Shown in pieces: positions 1 to 7,513 of a DNA stretch of 64,000 nucleotides. Numbering within the stretch: position 1 is the stretch's first letter; each line of letters starts with the position of its first letter. Position numbers and translations under genes: made by a program. The DNA comes from an uncultured Clostridia bacterium (GTDB taxonomy: Bacteria; Bacillota; Clostridia; Christensenellales; Pumilibacteraceae), in assembly GCA_934277845.1 (NCBI GenBank), contig CAKQVV010000001.1:2531-66530 (forward strand). The letters run 5' to 3'. Under the pieces are notes generated by a model. It ran no database searches and was not told where the DNA came from. It saw only the letters and a list, made by a program, of their open reading frames with translations.

Positions 1-1168
1 TTTTCGCGATCGCCTCTTCTCTTTCGCGGTCGGTCATGGACGAAAACGCTTTGATGCCGGCGCGTGTAGGATCGAACGCGGCGTTTTTGCCGAGGTTAAG
101 TCTTTTTGCGACTTCCGCGGCGAGGTATTTGCCGATCGCGGGCGCGGAAGTAAGCCCCGGGGACTCGATGCCGATGGCGTTGAAAAAGCCCCTGACGCTC
201 GACTCTCCCACGATGAAGTCGTTTTTCGGATTGTGCGCGCGCACGCCCGAAAACTGCGTGATAATCATTCTGCGGTTAAGCGACGGAACCGATTTCGACG
301 CCCGGTTCCACGCGGAATTAAGTCCTTCGACCGTGGTGTCAACGTCGTCCTTATCGGGAACGTCCAGCGCGGTAGGTCCCACGATGATATTGCCGTGAAC
401 GGTGGGCGAAACCAGAACACCCTTGCCCATTGCGGTGGGGAGCTGGAACAACGTAGCGTAGGTAAGATAACCCTGACTCTTGTCGAGCAGCATGTACTCG
501 CCTTTTCTGCCGATGATTTGCTCCTTTTCCGCGCAGATCGTGTTGTTCACGTCGTCGGAATGCACGCCCGCACAGTTGACCACCGCGTCGCACTCGTACT
601 CACCGTCGCTCGTTATTACCTTAAAGCCGTTGCCTGTCTTTTCCACGCGTTCGACAAGCGCGCCAAACACAAACTTCGCGCCGTTTTTCGCGGCATTCTC
701 GGCGTAGGCAATCGTCATTTCGTAAGGACCTACTATGCCGGAAGAAGGCGCGTAAAGCGCGGAAACGACTTCGCCCGAAACCTCGGGTTCCATCTCGCGG
801 ACTTCGTCGCCCGTCATAATCTTCAAGCCTTCGATGCCGTTCGCTTCGCCCTGCGCTTTGAGTTCTTCGAGTTTCGCGTTGTCCGCGGCGTCGAAGTTAA
901 GGACGAACGCGCCGTTTCGCCTGAACGGAAAGTCCAGCGTTTTGGCTTCGCTCTCCATAAGGCGCGCGCCCTCGACGTTGAACTTTGCTTTCAGCGTGCC
1001 GGTGTGCGCGTCGAAACCGGCGTGTACGATGCCCGAGTTCGCTTTGCTCGTGCCGGTTGCCACGTCGTCGTTGCGTTCGATCACGGTGACGCACGCGTCA
1101 TAAGCCGTGAGTTCGCGCGCGACCGCACAGCCGATTACGCCGCCGCCGATTACTATGATTTTTGCCAT
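1..1168 (-). CDS. FAD-dependent oxidoreductase, glycerol-3-phosphate dehydrogenase/oxidase-like (3' end lies outside the window)
   Basis: It is missing from the ORF track because it runs off the window edge. The reverse complement from ATG (1166-1168) reads MAKIIVIGGGVIGCAVARELTAYDACVTVIERNDDVATGTSKANSGIVHAG... with no stop down to position 1. It has a GxGxxG dinucleotide-binding N-terminus and a GGAGG 5 nt upstream. Confidence 0.7.
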   Translation of the reverse strand, partial: MAKIIVIGGGVIGCAVARELTAYDACVTVIERNDDVATGTSKANSGIVHAGFDAHTGTLKAKFNVEGARLMESEAKTLDFPFRRNGAFVLNFDAADNAKLEELKAQGEANGIEGLKIMTGDEVREMEPEVSGEVVSALYAPSSGIVGPYEMTIAYAENAAKNGAKFVFGALVERVEKTGNGFKVITSDGEYECDAVVNCAGVHSDDVNNTICAEKEQIIGRKGEYMLLDKSQGYLTYATLFQLPTAMGKGVLVSPTVHGNIIVGPTALDVPDKDDVDTTVEGLNSAWNRASKSVPSLNRRMIITQFSGVRAHNPKNDFIVGESSVRGFFNAIGIESPGLTSAPAIGKYLAAEVAKRLNLGKNAAFDPTRAGIKAFSSMTDREREEAIAK

Positions 1169-1223
1169 TACTGCCTCCGTAAGTATTATCCCCGGGTTTC
1201 CGGATTTTCCGGCGAATAAGACG

Positions 1224-1270
1224 CAAAAAAATCGCGGCACGACAAAACACGCGTTTTGCCGATCTCCGCG
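1224..1270 (-). terminator. Intrinsic terminator inside the 5' leader of the FAD-oxidoreductase gene (attenuator candidate)
   Basis: The minus-strand RNA is CGCGG-AGAUC-GGCAAAAC-GCGU-GUUUUGUC-GUG-CCGCG followed by AUUUUUUU. It lies between the predicted promoter (1331-1360) and the start codon (1168). Confidence 0.55.
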
Positions 1271-1330
1271 ACTCTCTATCTCTTAAGCGTAGATCCGTAA
1301 ACCGAAACAACGGATATTCTTGATATCGTT

Positions 1331-1360
1331 ATTGTAACACTATCGCCGCCAGTTTGTCAA
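1331..1360 (-). promoter_or_regulatory. Sigma-A-type promoter for the FAD-oxidoreductase gene
   Basis: Minus strand TTGACA (1355-1360), 18 nt spacer, TACAAT (1331-1336). Confidence 0.5.
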
Positions 1361-1419
1361 CGGTTTTTTCGGGTATCGCCGCGATAAGTCGTCATAACCG
1401 GTCGGAACAGCGGTTCCGT

Positions 1420-1586
1420 GTCGGGGATCCTCACGCGCTTCGCGCTCAGGGTGACGAGGGAACAGTCAGGCTGCTCGTTCGATTTTAAAATTTAACGCAC
1501 AGTTTCCGTTTTTAACCGTCATTCAGAGGAGCATTGATATTGCCCCGCTGTTTCGGGCAATATCAATGCGACGTGGAATCCCCCGC
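1420..1586. repeat. Palindromic intergenic element, family A, copy 1 (MITE/ERIC-like)
   Basis: Left arm GTCGGGGATCCTCACG-small hairpin-CTCAGGGTGACG. AT-rich centre GATTTTAAAATTTAACGCAC. Right arm CGTCATTCAGAGG-15-bp hairpin (1531-1569)-GACGTGGAATCCCCCGC. It aligns along its length with the reverse complement of 40685-40845. Confidence 0.7.
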
Positions 1587-1624
1587 ATGAAACAAGTTAT
1601 TATCCTTATAATCTCCCGTGTGTA

Positions 1625-1658
1625 AACGAAAACCCGTAACCTGGCGGTTACGGGTTTT
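1625..1658 (-). terminator. Intrinsic terminator of the 338-aa lipoprotein gene
   Basis: Hairpin AACCCGTAAC-ctggcg-GTTACGGGTT (1631-1656), followed by a U-run on the minus strand, 30 nt after the stop at 1689. Confidence 0.65.
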
Positions 1659-1688
1659 ATCGTACTGTTTAATAGCGGTTACAAAATC

Positions 1689-2705
1689 TTATTCAAACAA
1701 GTCGCCGGTGCTCTGTGCAATGGTAAGGAAGAAATCGACTATACCCTTTGCGGTGGTCGTGACGTTTTCGAGCGTCGCTTCTTCGTATTTGTCGAACGAG
1801 GGGAACTTAACGCCCTTGTCGGTCTTTTCGACGGAGCCTTCCACTTTGGTGGTGGTAATTTCTTTTTCGTTGCGGGTAGCCTTGACGTCGCATTTAACTT
1901 TTACGCCGACAAGTCCCTTGTTGTTGTCGAGGACGACGATAACGTAGTATTCTTTGAGTTCCAGTTCCGCTTTGCGATCGCCTATGCCGAGTTTTGCGTA
2001 AGCGTCTTTATCGACGGCATACTTGATTTTGGTCATGTCGTCCGTCTTGTCCATGTAGACTTTGACGCCCGCTTCGCGCAACGCTTCTGCCGATTCCATA
2101 ACGATTTCGCCGGCAAATTCGGTAAGCATGCCGAAATTCACTATGTTTTTGACGCTGACGCTGAGCGCGCCGGTAAACGCGGTGGTAACTTTCAGTTTGG
2201 AGTCCATCGGATCGGTCGCCTTAAAACCCTTGTTCTCTGCTTTTACGTTGAGATAAAGGTTGCCGTCTTTGGAATAAACCTCCGATTTAAGGGTGCTGTC
2301 GATCGTTTCTTTGATAGTGCTCTTGATTTTTACTTCGCTCTTTGCCGCCATTTCGAGTTTGTCGTTGTTGACGCAAATCTCTTCGGACGTCTTGGCATCG
2401 TATCTGACTTTTTTGCCGCCGGATTCCTTGTACTCGAGGTTGATTTTAAGTTCGGCTTTCGCGCCGGAAACTTCCGCTTCGTTTGCGGCGGCGAGGCGAA
2501 CGTCCTTGCTTCCCGAGGTCGTCTTGCCGTCGAGCAAGCCGTTGATCCCGCTCTTAAAAGCAACCTGTGCGTCGGCTACCGTAGTGTTATACTCTTCGCC
2601 GGTGACTTCTTTGTAGTTGCCGTCGAACGTGCTGCCGCAAGCCGCGAGCGTGAATACCATCACTGCGGAAAGGGCAAGGCACACAAGACCTTTTAATTTT
2701 TTCAT
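1689..2705 (-). CDS. Lipoprotein of unknown function
   Basis: 338-aa ORF. Signal peptide MKKLKGLVCLALSAVMVFTLAAC with lipobox LAAC. GGAGG upstream, plus its own TTGACA-17-TAAAAT promoter in 2706-2820. Confidence 0.8.
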   Translation of the reverse strand: MKKLKGLVCLALSAVMVFTLAACGSTFDGNYKEVTGEEYNTTVADAQVAFKSGINGLLDGKTTSGSKDVRLAAANEAEVSGAKAELKINLEYKESGGKKVRYDAKTSEEICVNNDKLEMAAKSEVKIKSTIKETIDSTLKSEVYSKDGNLYLNVKAENKGFKATDPMDSKLKVTTAFTGALSVSVKNIVNFGMLTEFAGEIVMESAEALREAGVKVYMDKTDDMTKIKYAVDKDAYAKLGIGDRKAELELKEYYVIVVLDNNKGLVGVKVKCDVKATRNEKEITTTKVEGSVEKTDKGVKFPSFDKYEEATLENVTTTAKGIVDFFLTIAQSTGDLFE

Positions 2706-2820
2706 TATTCTGTTCCTCCGAATATTATTGACTATATTTTACTATCGACTTTGCACGTTGTCAAGCGCGTATCCGGAATTTGACGCGTTAATTATACTGA
2801 TATAAAAATCAGTAATATTA

Positions 2821-3738
2821 TCACGAAAGTTTAGCGATGCTTTCGACGGGAAGCGCGATAACAACTGCATTTGCTTCGCTGCGCACGCCGTGCTCGGCAT
2901 TGAGCGCATTCATGATGTCGGCGCGTTTGTCTTTGGGAGCCAGAATCGCCACGACGTCGCGCTCGGACGTGAAACTTGCGTTGAACAAACTGTCGGTGTC
3001 CTCGTTGGACGTCTGACGTGCGCGGATAAGCGTGCCGCCTCTCGCCCCGCCCTTTTTCGCGGTGGCAACCACTTCGTCGGCATAGCCCTGATTTACCGTA
3101 ATAAGTATGAGAGTGTAAGCGTCGGTCATTTTCTTTTTTGCCTCCTGCGGCGTTTTGCCGGATTTGAGTTCGAGTGCCTTTATGAGGATATTCGGCGCTG
3201 CGGACAGGCGCATGCTGAACACAATGCCCTTGCTGCCGAAGTTGCCGGCGAGCTGGTCGGACAACTTATTCATCATTGCGGCAGCCGCGCCCGAGTCGGT
3301 CATACTGATTACGACGTCCTTTTCGGTGCTTTCCAAGCCCAGTATGTCGAGTATGTCCGAACTCGCCGTGCCGTTACCCATGCAAACTTCGGATAAAAAT
3401 ATGCCGTTCTTTTGCAGTATTTCGCGGAACCTGACGCTTTTGCCGCGTTCGACTACCGCAACGAGCATGCGCGGCGCGGCGGGCGGCTCAGGCGTTTCGT
3501 TCTCGTTCTTTTTGGTTTTTCCGCCGCGTCCTCGCACGGTAGACATCATTATGTCCTGAATCTTTTCGAAAGCGCGGTTTTCTTTTTCCGGTTTTTTCGT
3601 TTTTGCCGATCCGGCTTCGGACAATGCGATATTCTCTTTCGCGGCGGTTCCCGCAGCGGCGGAGGCTTCTTCGTTTGCGCCGGCGTTCGTCGTTTGCGTT
3701 TCTTGCGCGGCGTTCGTTTTTTTAATTTCGTCGGTCAT
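2821..3738 (-). CDS. P-II-like signal-transduction protein: two tandem P-II-type domains behind a ~90-aa low-complexity N-terminus
   Basis: 305-aa ORF 12 nt downstream of the DUF1538 gene. Two ~100-aa segments (MLVAVVERGKSVRFREIL... and YTLILITVNQGYADEVVATAKKGGARGGTLI...) look like P-II ferredoxin-like folds. The DUF1538 + P-II pairing is a known conserved neighbourhood. Confidence 0.6.
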   Translation of the reverse strand: MTDEIKKTNAAQETQTTNAGANEEASAAAGTAAKENIALSEAGSAKTKKPEKENRAFEKIQDIMMSTVRGRGGKTKKNENETPEPPAAPRMLVAVVERGKSVRFREILQKNGIFLSEVCMGNGTASSDILDILGLESTEKDVVISMTDSGAAAAMMNKLSDQLAGNFGSKGIVFSMRLSAAPNILIKALELKSGKTPQEAKKKMTDAYTLILITVNQGYADEVVATAKKGGARGGTLIRARQTSNEDTDSLFNASFTSERDVVAILAPKDKRADIMNALNAEHGVRSEANAVVIALPVESIAKLS

Positions 3739-3750
3739 ATTGCCGCCTCC

Positions 3751-5298
3751 TTAATCGAAGTACACGATACAATCGTCGGTCTTGCCGAGTGCGTTTTCGT
3801 AGTTACGCCCGGCGATCTTTTTCTTGACCACGGCGTAAAAGCCGAGAAGCTGAATCGTGACGAGCGGAGTCATCGCGACCATTGCGACTATGCCGAAAGC
3901 GTCGCTCAGGATATTGCCGCCCAGCGCGGTGCACGCGCCCATGGCGAGCGGCAGCAGAAACGTCGCGGTCATCGGTCCGCTGGCGACTCCGCCGGCATCG
4001 AACGCCACGCCCGTGTAGATCTGCGGAACGAAGAACGACATGCCGAGCGCGATCGCATAGCCGGGGATCAGGAACCAGAGTATCGAAATACCGGTGAGAA
4101 TACGGAGCATTGCGATGCCGACGGACACGCATACGCCGACGGACAGCGCGATACCTATCGAACGCTGGGAAATCGAACCGTTGCTGACTTCTTCGACCTG
4201 TTTTTTCAGGACGTGGACGGCAGGTTCGGCGGCGACGATAAAGTAACCGACGACCATGCCGACGGGGATAAGCAACCATTTATACGCGCTGCCCGCAAGT
4301 TTGACGCCGATAAGGTGACCGACGGGCATAAAGCCGACGTTCACTCCGGTAAGGAAAAGTACCAAGCCGAGGTACGTATAGACAAAGCCCGCGATGATAC
4401 GGATCAACTGGTGTTTTTTGAATCTTTTCGTGACGAGTTCGAACAGCAAAAACATGAGCGCGATGGGCGCGAGCGCGACGACGACTTCCTTGAAGTAACC
4501 GGGCGATCTGGTGAGGAACTCGACCGCCGCGTCCTTGACGGTCACGATGTCGGGCACCGGCGTGGTTTCGGGAACGATCGTCACGTCCTTTTTGACGATG
4601 CCCAGCACCAAAACGGCGATGATCGGACCGATACTGCACATGGCGACCATACCGAAACTGTCGGACTGCGAGCCGCGGCTGCCGCCGAGCGACGCAAGAC
4701 CTATGCCCAGCGCCATGATGAACGGCACGGTGATGGGACCGGTGGTTACGCCGCCCGAGTCGAACGATACCGGGATAAAACTCGGGTTAATCGCGGCGAC
4801 GACCGCCGTGAGCGCGAACACAATGCCATAAAAGACTATGAGCGTGTACGAAAGCGGTATTTTGAGCGCGGTGCGCAATAGCGACAACAGCATAAACACG
4901 CCTACGCCTATCGCGACCGACAGAATTATCGTCATGTTCGGAATACCGGTAAGTTGCGTAGCGAGCACGATGAGATCGGGTTCCGCGATCGTCACGAGTA
5001 TGCCGAGAACAAGACACAGCACGGCGGGGATAAGTTTGTTTTTTACCCTCGCCATCGACGAGCCGATGCCGTCGCCCATGGGCATCATCGACATGTCGAC
5101 GCCCAGCGTAAACAGCGCCATGCCGAAAATAAGCAACAACGCGCCGAACATGAAAAGCACGATCGGACCGGGTTCGAGCGGTACGAACGTTATCGACAAT
5201 ATAAGCACTATAACCGTGATCGGAAGCACGGAAGAAAACGCTTCGGAAAATTTTTCTCCGAGTTTTTTGTTAAGCGATAAGTCTTGCATAAGTTTCAT
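3751..5298 (-). CDS. DUF1538-family integral membrane protein (duplicated permease-like domain)
   Basis: 515-aa highly hydrophobic ORF with two similar halves (..PLEPGPIVLFMFGALLL.. and ..VAFDAGGVASGPMTATFLLPLAMG / VSFDSGGVTTGPITVPFIMALGIG..). Confidence 0.7.
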   Translation of the reverse strand: MKLMQDLSLNKKLGEKFSEAFSSVLPITVIVLILSITFVPLEPGPIVLFMFGALLLIFGMALFTLGVDMSMMPMGDGIGSSMARVKNKLIPAVLCLVLGILVTIAEPDLIVLATQLTGIPNMTIILSVAIGVGVFMLLSLLRTALKIPLSYTLIVFYGIVFALTAVVAAINPSFIPVSFDSGGVTTGPITVPFIMALGIGLASLGGSRGSQSDSFGMVAMCSIGPIIAVLVLGIVKKDVTIVPETTPVPDIVTVKDAAVEFLTRSPGYFKEVVVALAPIALMFLLFELVTKRFKKHQLIRIIAGFVYTYLGLVLFLTGVNVGFMPVGHLIGVKLAGSAYKWLLIPVGMVVGYFIVAAEPAVHVLKKQVEEVSNGSISQRSIGIALSVGVCVSVGIAMLRILTGISILWFLIPGYAIALGMSFFVPQIYTGVAFDAGGVASGPMTATFLLPLAMGACTALGGNILSDAFGIVAMVAMTPLVTIQLLGFYAVVKKKIAGRNYENALGKTDDCIVYFD

Positions 5299-5386
5299 GG
5301 GCGGCTGTTCCTTTTCCCGGGCATTAAACCGTCGGCAAATCGCGATTTTCCGTCGATTTTATTCAAATAAAGTTATTACGATATAT

Positions 5387-5415
5387 ATTATAATAAAATT
5401 TTGTTCCTATGTCAA
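5387..5415 (-). promoter_or_regulatory. Sigma-A-type promoter of the DUF1538/P-II operon
   Basis: Minus strand TTGACA (5410-5415), 17 nt, TATAAT (5387-5392), about 85 nt upstream of the start codon. Confidence 0.55.
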
Positions 5416-5518
5416 TTTTTTCGTCGTCGAAAAAACTTACTCGTTTTGATTTTAAGTATATTTTTGCAATAAAAAACGCGGTTTTTACTAACGATAAAGA
5501 TATTCGGTCGTTTCGTTC

Positions 5519-6265
5519 CTACACTACTTTAATCCGGAGTTCGGACGGGGAAACGCCGCGGCGTTTTTTCATAAGTCGGGAGAAATATTTGGGATCGGTG
5601 AAACCGGCGGCTTCGGCGGCTTCGGTGACCGAACGCCCGAAAACCGCGATTTCGTCGCGGGCGTAGTCCAGCCGCAATTCTATTATGTAATCGACGGGCG
5701 AAAGGTTAAATCGGTCGTAAAACCTGCGCCGCAGCGTCGACTCGCTGACGCCCACCGCCCTGCACACGTCCTCGATTTTCAGTTCCGGATCGCGGAAGTT
5801 TTCGCCGATGAACGAAGTCGCATGCATAAGCGCGGCATCGCCCTCTCCTCCCGTGCGACACAGAAGCGACAGCACTTCGTAAAATCTTGCGGTCGCATGC
5901 ATTTTATACCCCGGTTCTTTTCCGCCGAACGCCGTCACCGCGCCGGCAAAAAGTTCGGCAATCTTTTCCGAGCCGCGGAAAATCGCGGGTTTTACCCACT
6001 CGCCGTCTATTTCTGCGGTGAAGTGAAACACGAGAATTTCGGTAGCGGAATAGTCCGCCTCGTATTCTTTGTTCGCCGGCACGAACAGCACTTCGCCCGC
6101 GTGAAGGTCGTAAGTTCCGTCGTCCATTTTTATCTTGCCTTCGCCCACCAGCCGAAGCGACAGCGCGTGATACGGCCGCGCTTTCACGACGATTTTACGG
6201 CTTTCCCAGGTCATGCGCCCCGCCGTGACTATGTTTGCGGCAAAATCCGCCCGCTCGAAAAACAT
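5519..6265 (-). CDS. AraC-family transcriptional regulator (cupin sensor + HTH)
   Basis: The C-terminus DVCRAVGVSESTLRRRFYDRFNLSPVDYIIELRLDYARDEI...GFTDPKYFSRLMKKRRGVSPSE is a typical AraC double HTH. I place the start at the ATG at 6263-6265 (MFFERADF) because AAGGAG lies 7 nt upstream. The track ORF extends to 6304. Confidence 0.85.
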   Translation of the reverse strand: MFFERADFAANIVTAGRMTWESRKIVVKARPYHALSLRLVGEGKIKMDDGTYDLHAGEVLFVPANKEYEADYSATEILVFHFTAEIDGEWVKPAIFRGSEKIAELFAGAVTAFGGKEPGYKMHATARFYEVLSLLCRTGGEGDAALMHATSFIGENFRDPELKIEDVCRAVGVSESTLRRRFYDRFNLSPVDYIIELRLDYARDEIAVFGRSVTEAAEAAGFTDPKYFSRLMKKRRGVSPSELRIKVV

Positions 6266-6436
6266 ATTCCGCTCCTTTTTCTTGTCATTGCTCCCGCACC
6301 GCAAACACGCTTTCCGTGCGCGGCACGGCTACCGGTATATTTTAGCCTAAATGCGGATTCAGGTCAACCATTTTGACGGAATAGTCCACCCGATTTATCG
6401 CGGCGCAGGTTGTAAAAGCCGTGCGCGCGATTTATA

Positions 6437-7435
6437 ATGAACAAAGAAATACCTCAAGAGAATCCCATAATGATATATTTCGCATTTTTGCTCGTCGCGC
6501 TCTGCAACTCGACGGCGAGCGTTTCCACCAAATTCAATACGCGCATCGGCGGCAAAGTCGCGCTTTTTAACTTCGTCCGCGCGCTGGTGCCGCTTGCGGT
6601 TTTCGTGCTTGCGGCGGTCATGACGGGCGAAGAAATTACTCCGCTTACCATGCTCTGCGGCGTGATTTACGGTGCGGCGATGACGGCGGCGACGCGCACC
6701 GGCTATACCGCGCTTGCGCTCGGTCCCATGGGTATCACGAGCGCGATCGCGCAATGCTCGCTAGTCCCCGTCACGGTGTGGTGCGTGTTCGTGGACGGCG
6801 AACCATTCACCGCATTGAAAGCCGTCGGAATCTGTCTTGCCGTCGCCGCGCTGGTCGTGATGAACGCCGAAAAACCCGATCGCGACTATCCGCACAAGAA
6901 AAAATGGCTGATTTTCTCGTTCCTCACCCTGCTGTTCAACGCCGTGTGTTCGGTCACGATCACGCTGGCAAACAAGCACGGGGCAGGCGGCGGCGCGTGG
7001 TTTACCGCGTTTTCCTACGTCGTGGCGGTGCCGGTGTTCGGCGGAGTTTTCCTGTACGGCATCGTTGCCGAAAAACGCAAAGCCGCACCGCTCACGGCAA
7101 TCGCCGGAAATAACGCCGGAAGTTTTCCTGCGGACGAAACGGCACAAGATAAAAACGGCGGACAAACGCAAGAAAAAGTTGCAACGAAGTCCAAAACGCC
7201 GAAAACGGCTGTGTTAGGCGGGCTGGCGGGTTTCACCACGGCGGCAAGCGCGTTCACGACGTTTTTGCTCGCGTCGAAGTCGCAGGGTTCGATACTGTTC
7301 CCGGCGATCGCGGTGGTCACGCTGCTCGCGTCGTTCGTTGCCGGCACGGTGATTTTTCGCGAAAAACCGACGGTAAAGCGCGTGATCGCGATCGTGCTCG
7401 CCGCCGCGATTTTTATACTGAAATTCGCCGTGTAA
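6437..7435 (+). CDS. DMT/EamA-like multi-pass membrane transporter with a hydrophilic insert
   Basis: 332-aa ORF with ~10 hydrophobic segments in two halves and a polar loop (PADETAQDKNGGQTQEKVATKSKTPK). The start is uncertain (6437 or 6470). Confidence 0.5.
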   Translation: MNKEIPQENPIMIYFAFLLVALCNSTASVSTKFNTRIGGKVALFNFVRALVPLAVFVLAAVMTGEEITPLTMLCGVIYGAAMTAATRTGYTALALGPMGITSAIAQCSLVPVTVWCVFVDGEPFTALKAVGICLAVAALVVMNAEKPDRDYPHKKKWLIFSFLTLLFNAVCSVTITLANKHGAGGGAWFTAFSYVVAVPVFGGVFLYGIVAEKRKAAPLTAIAGNNAGSFPADETAQDKNGGQTQEKVATKSKTPKTAVLGGLAGFTTAASAFTTFLLASKSQGSILFPAIAVVTLLASFVAGTVIFREKPTVKRVIAIVLAAAIFILKFAV

Positions 7436-7513
7436 AAAACGCGCAAGCGTATAGAAAAAAAACGGCGTCGCATAGATAACGACGACGGTCTTTTTGTATT
7501 CAATTAAATGCGA

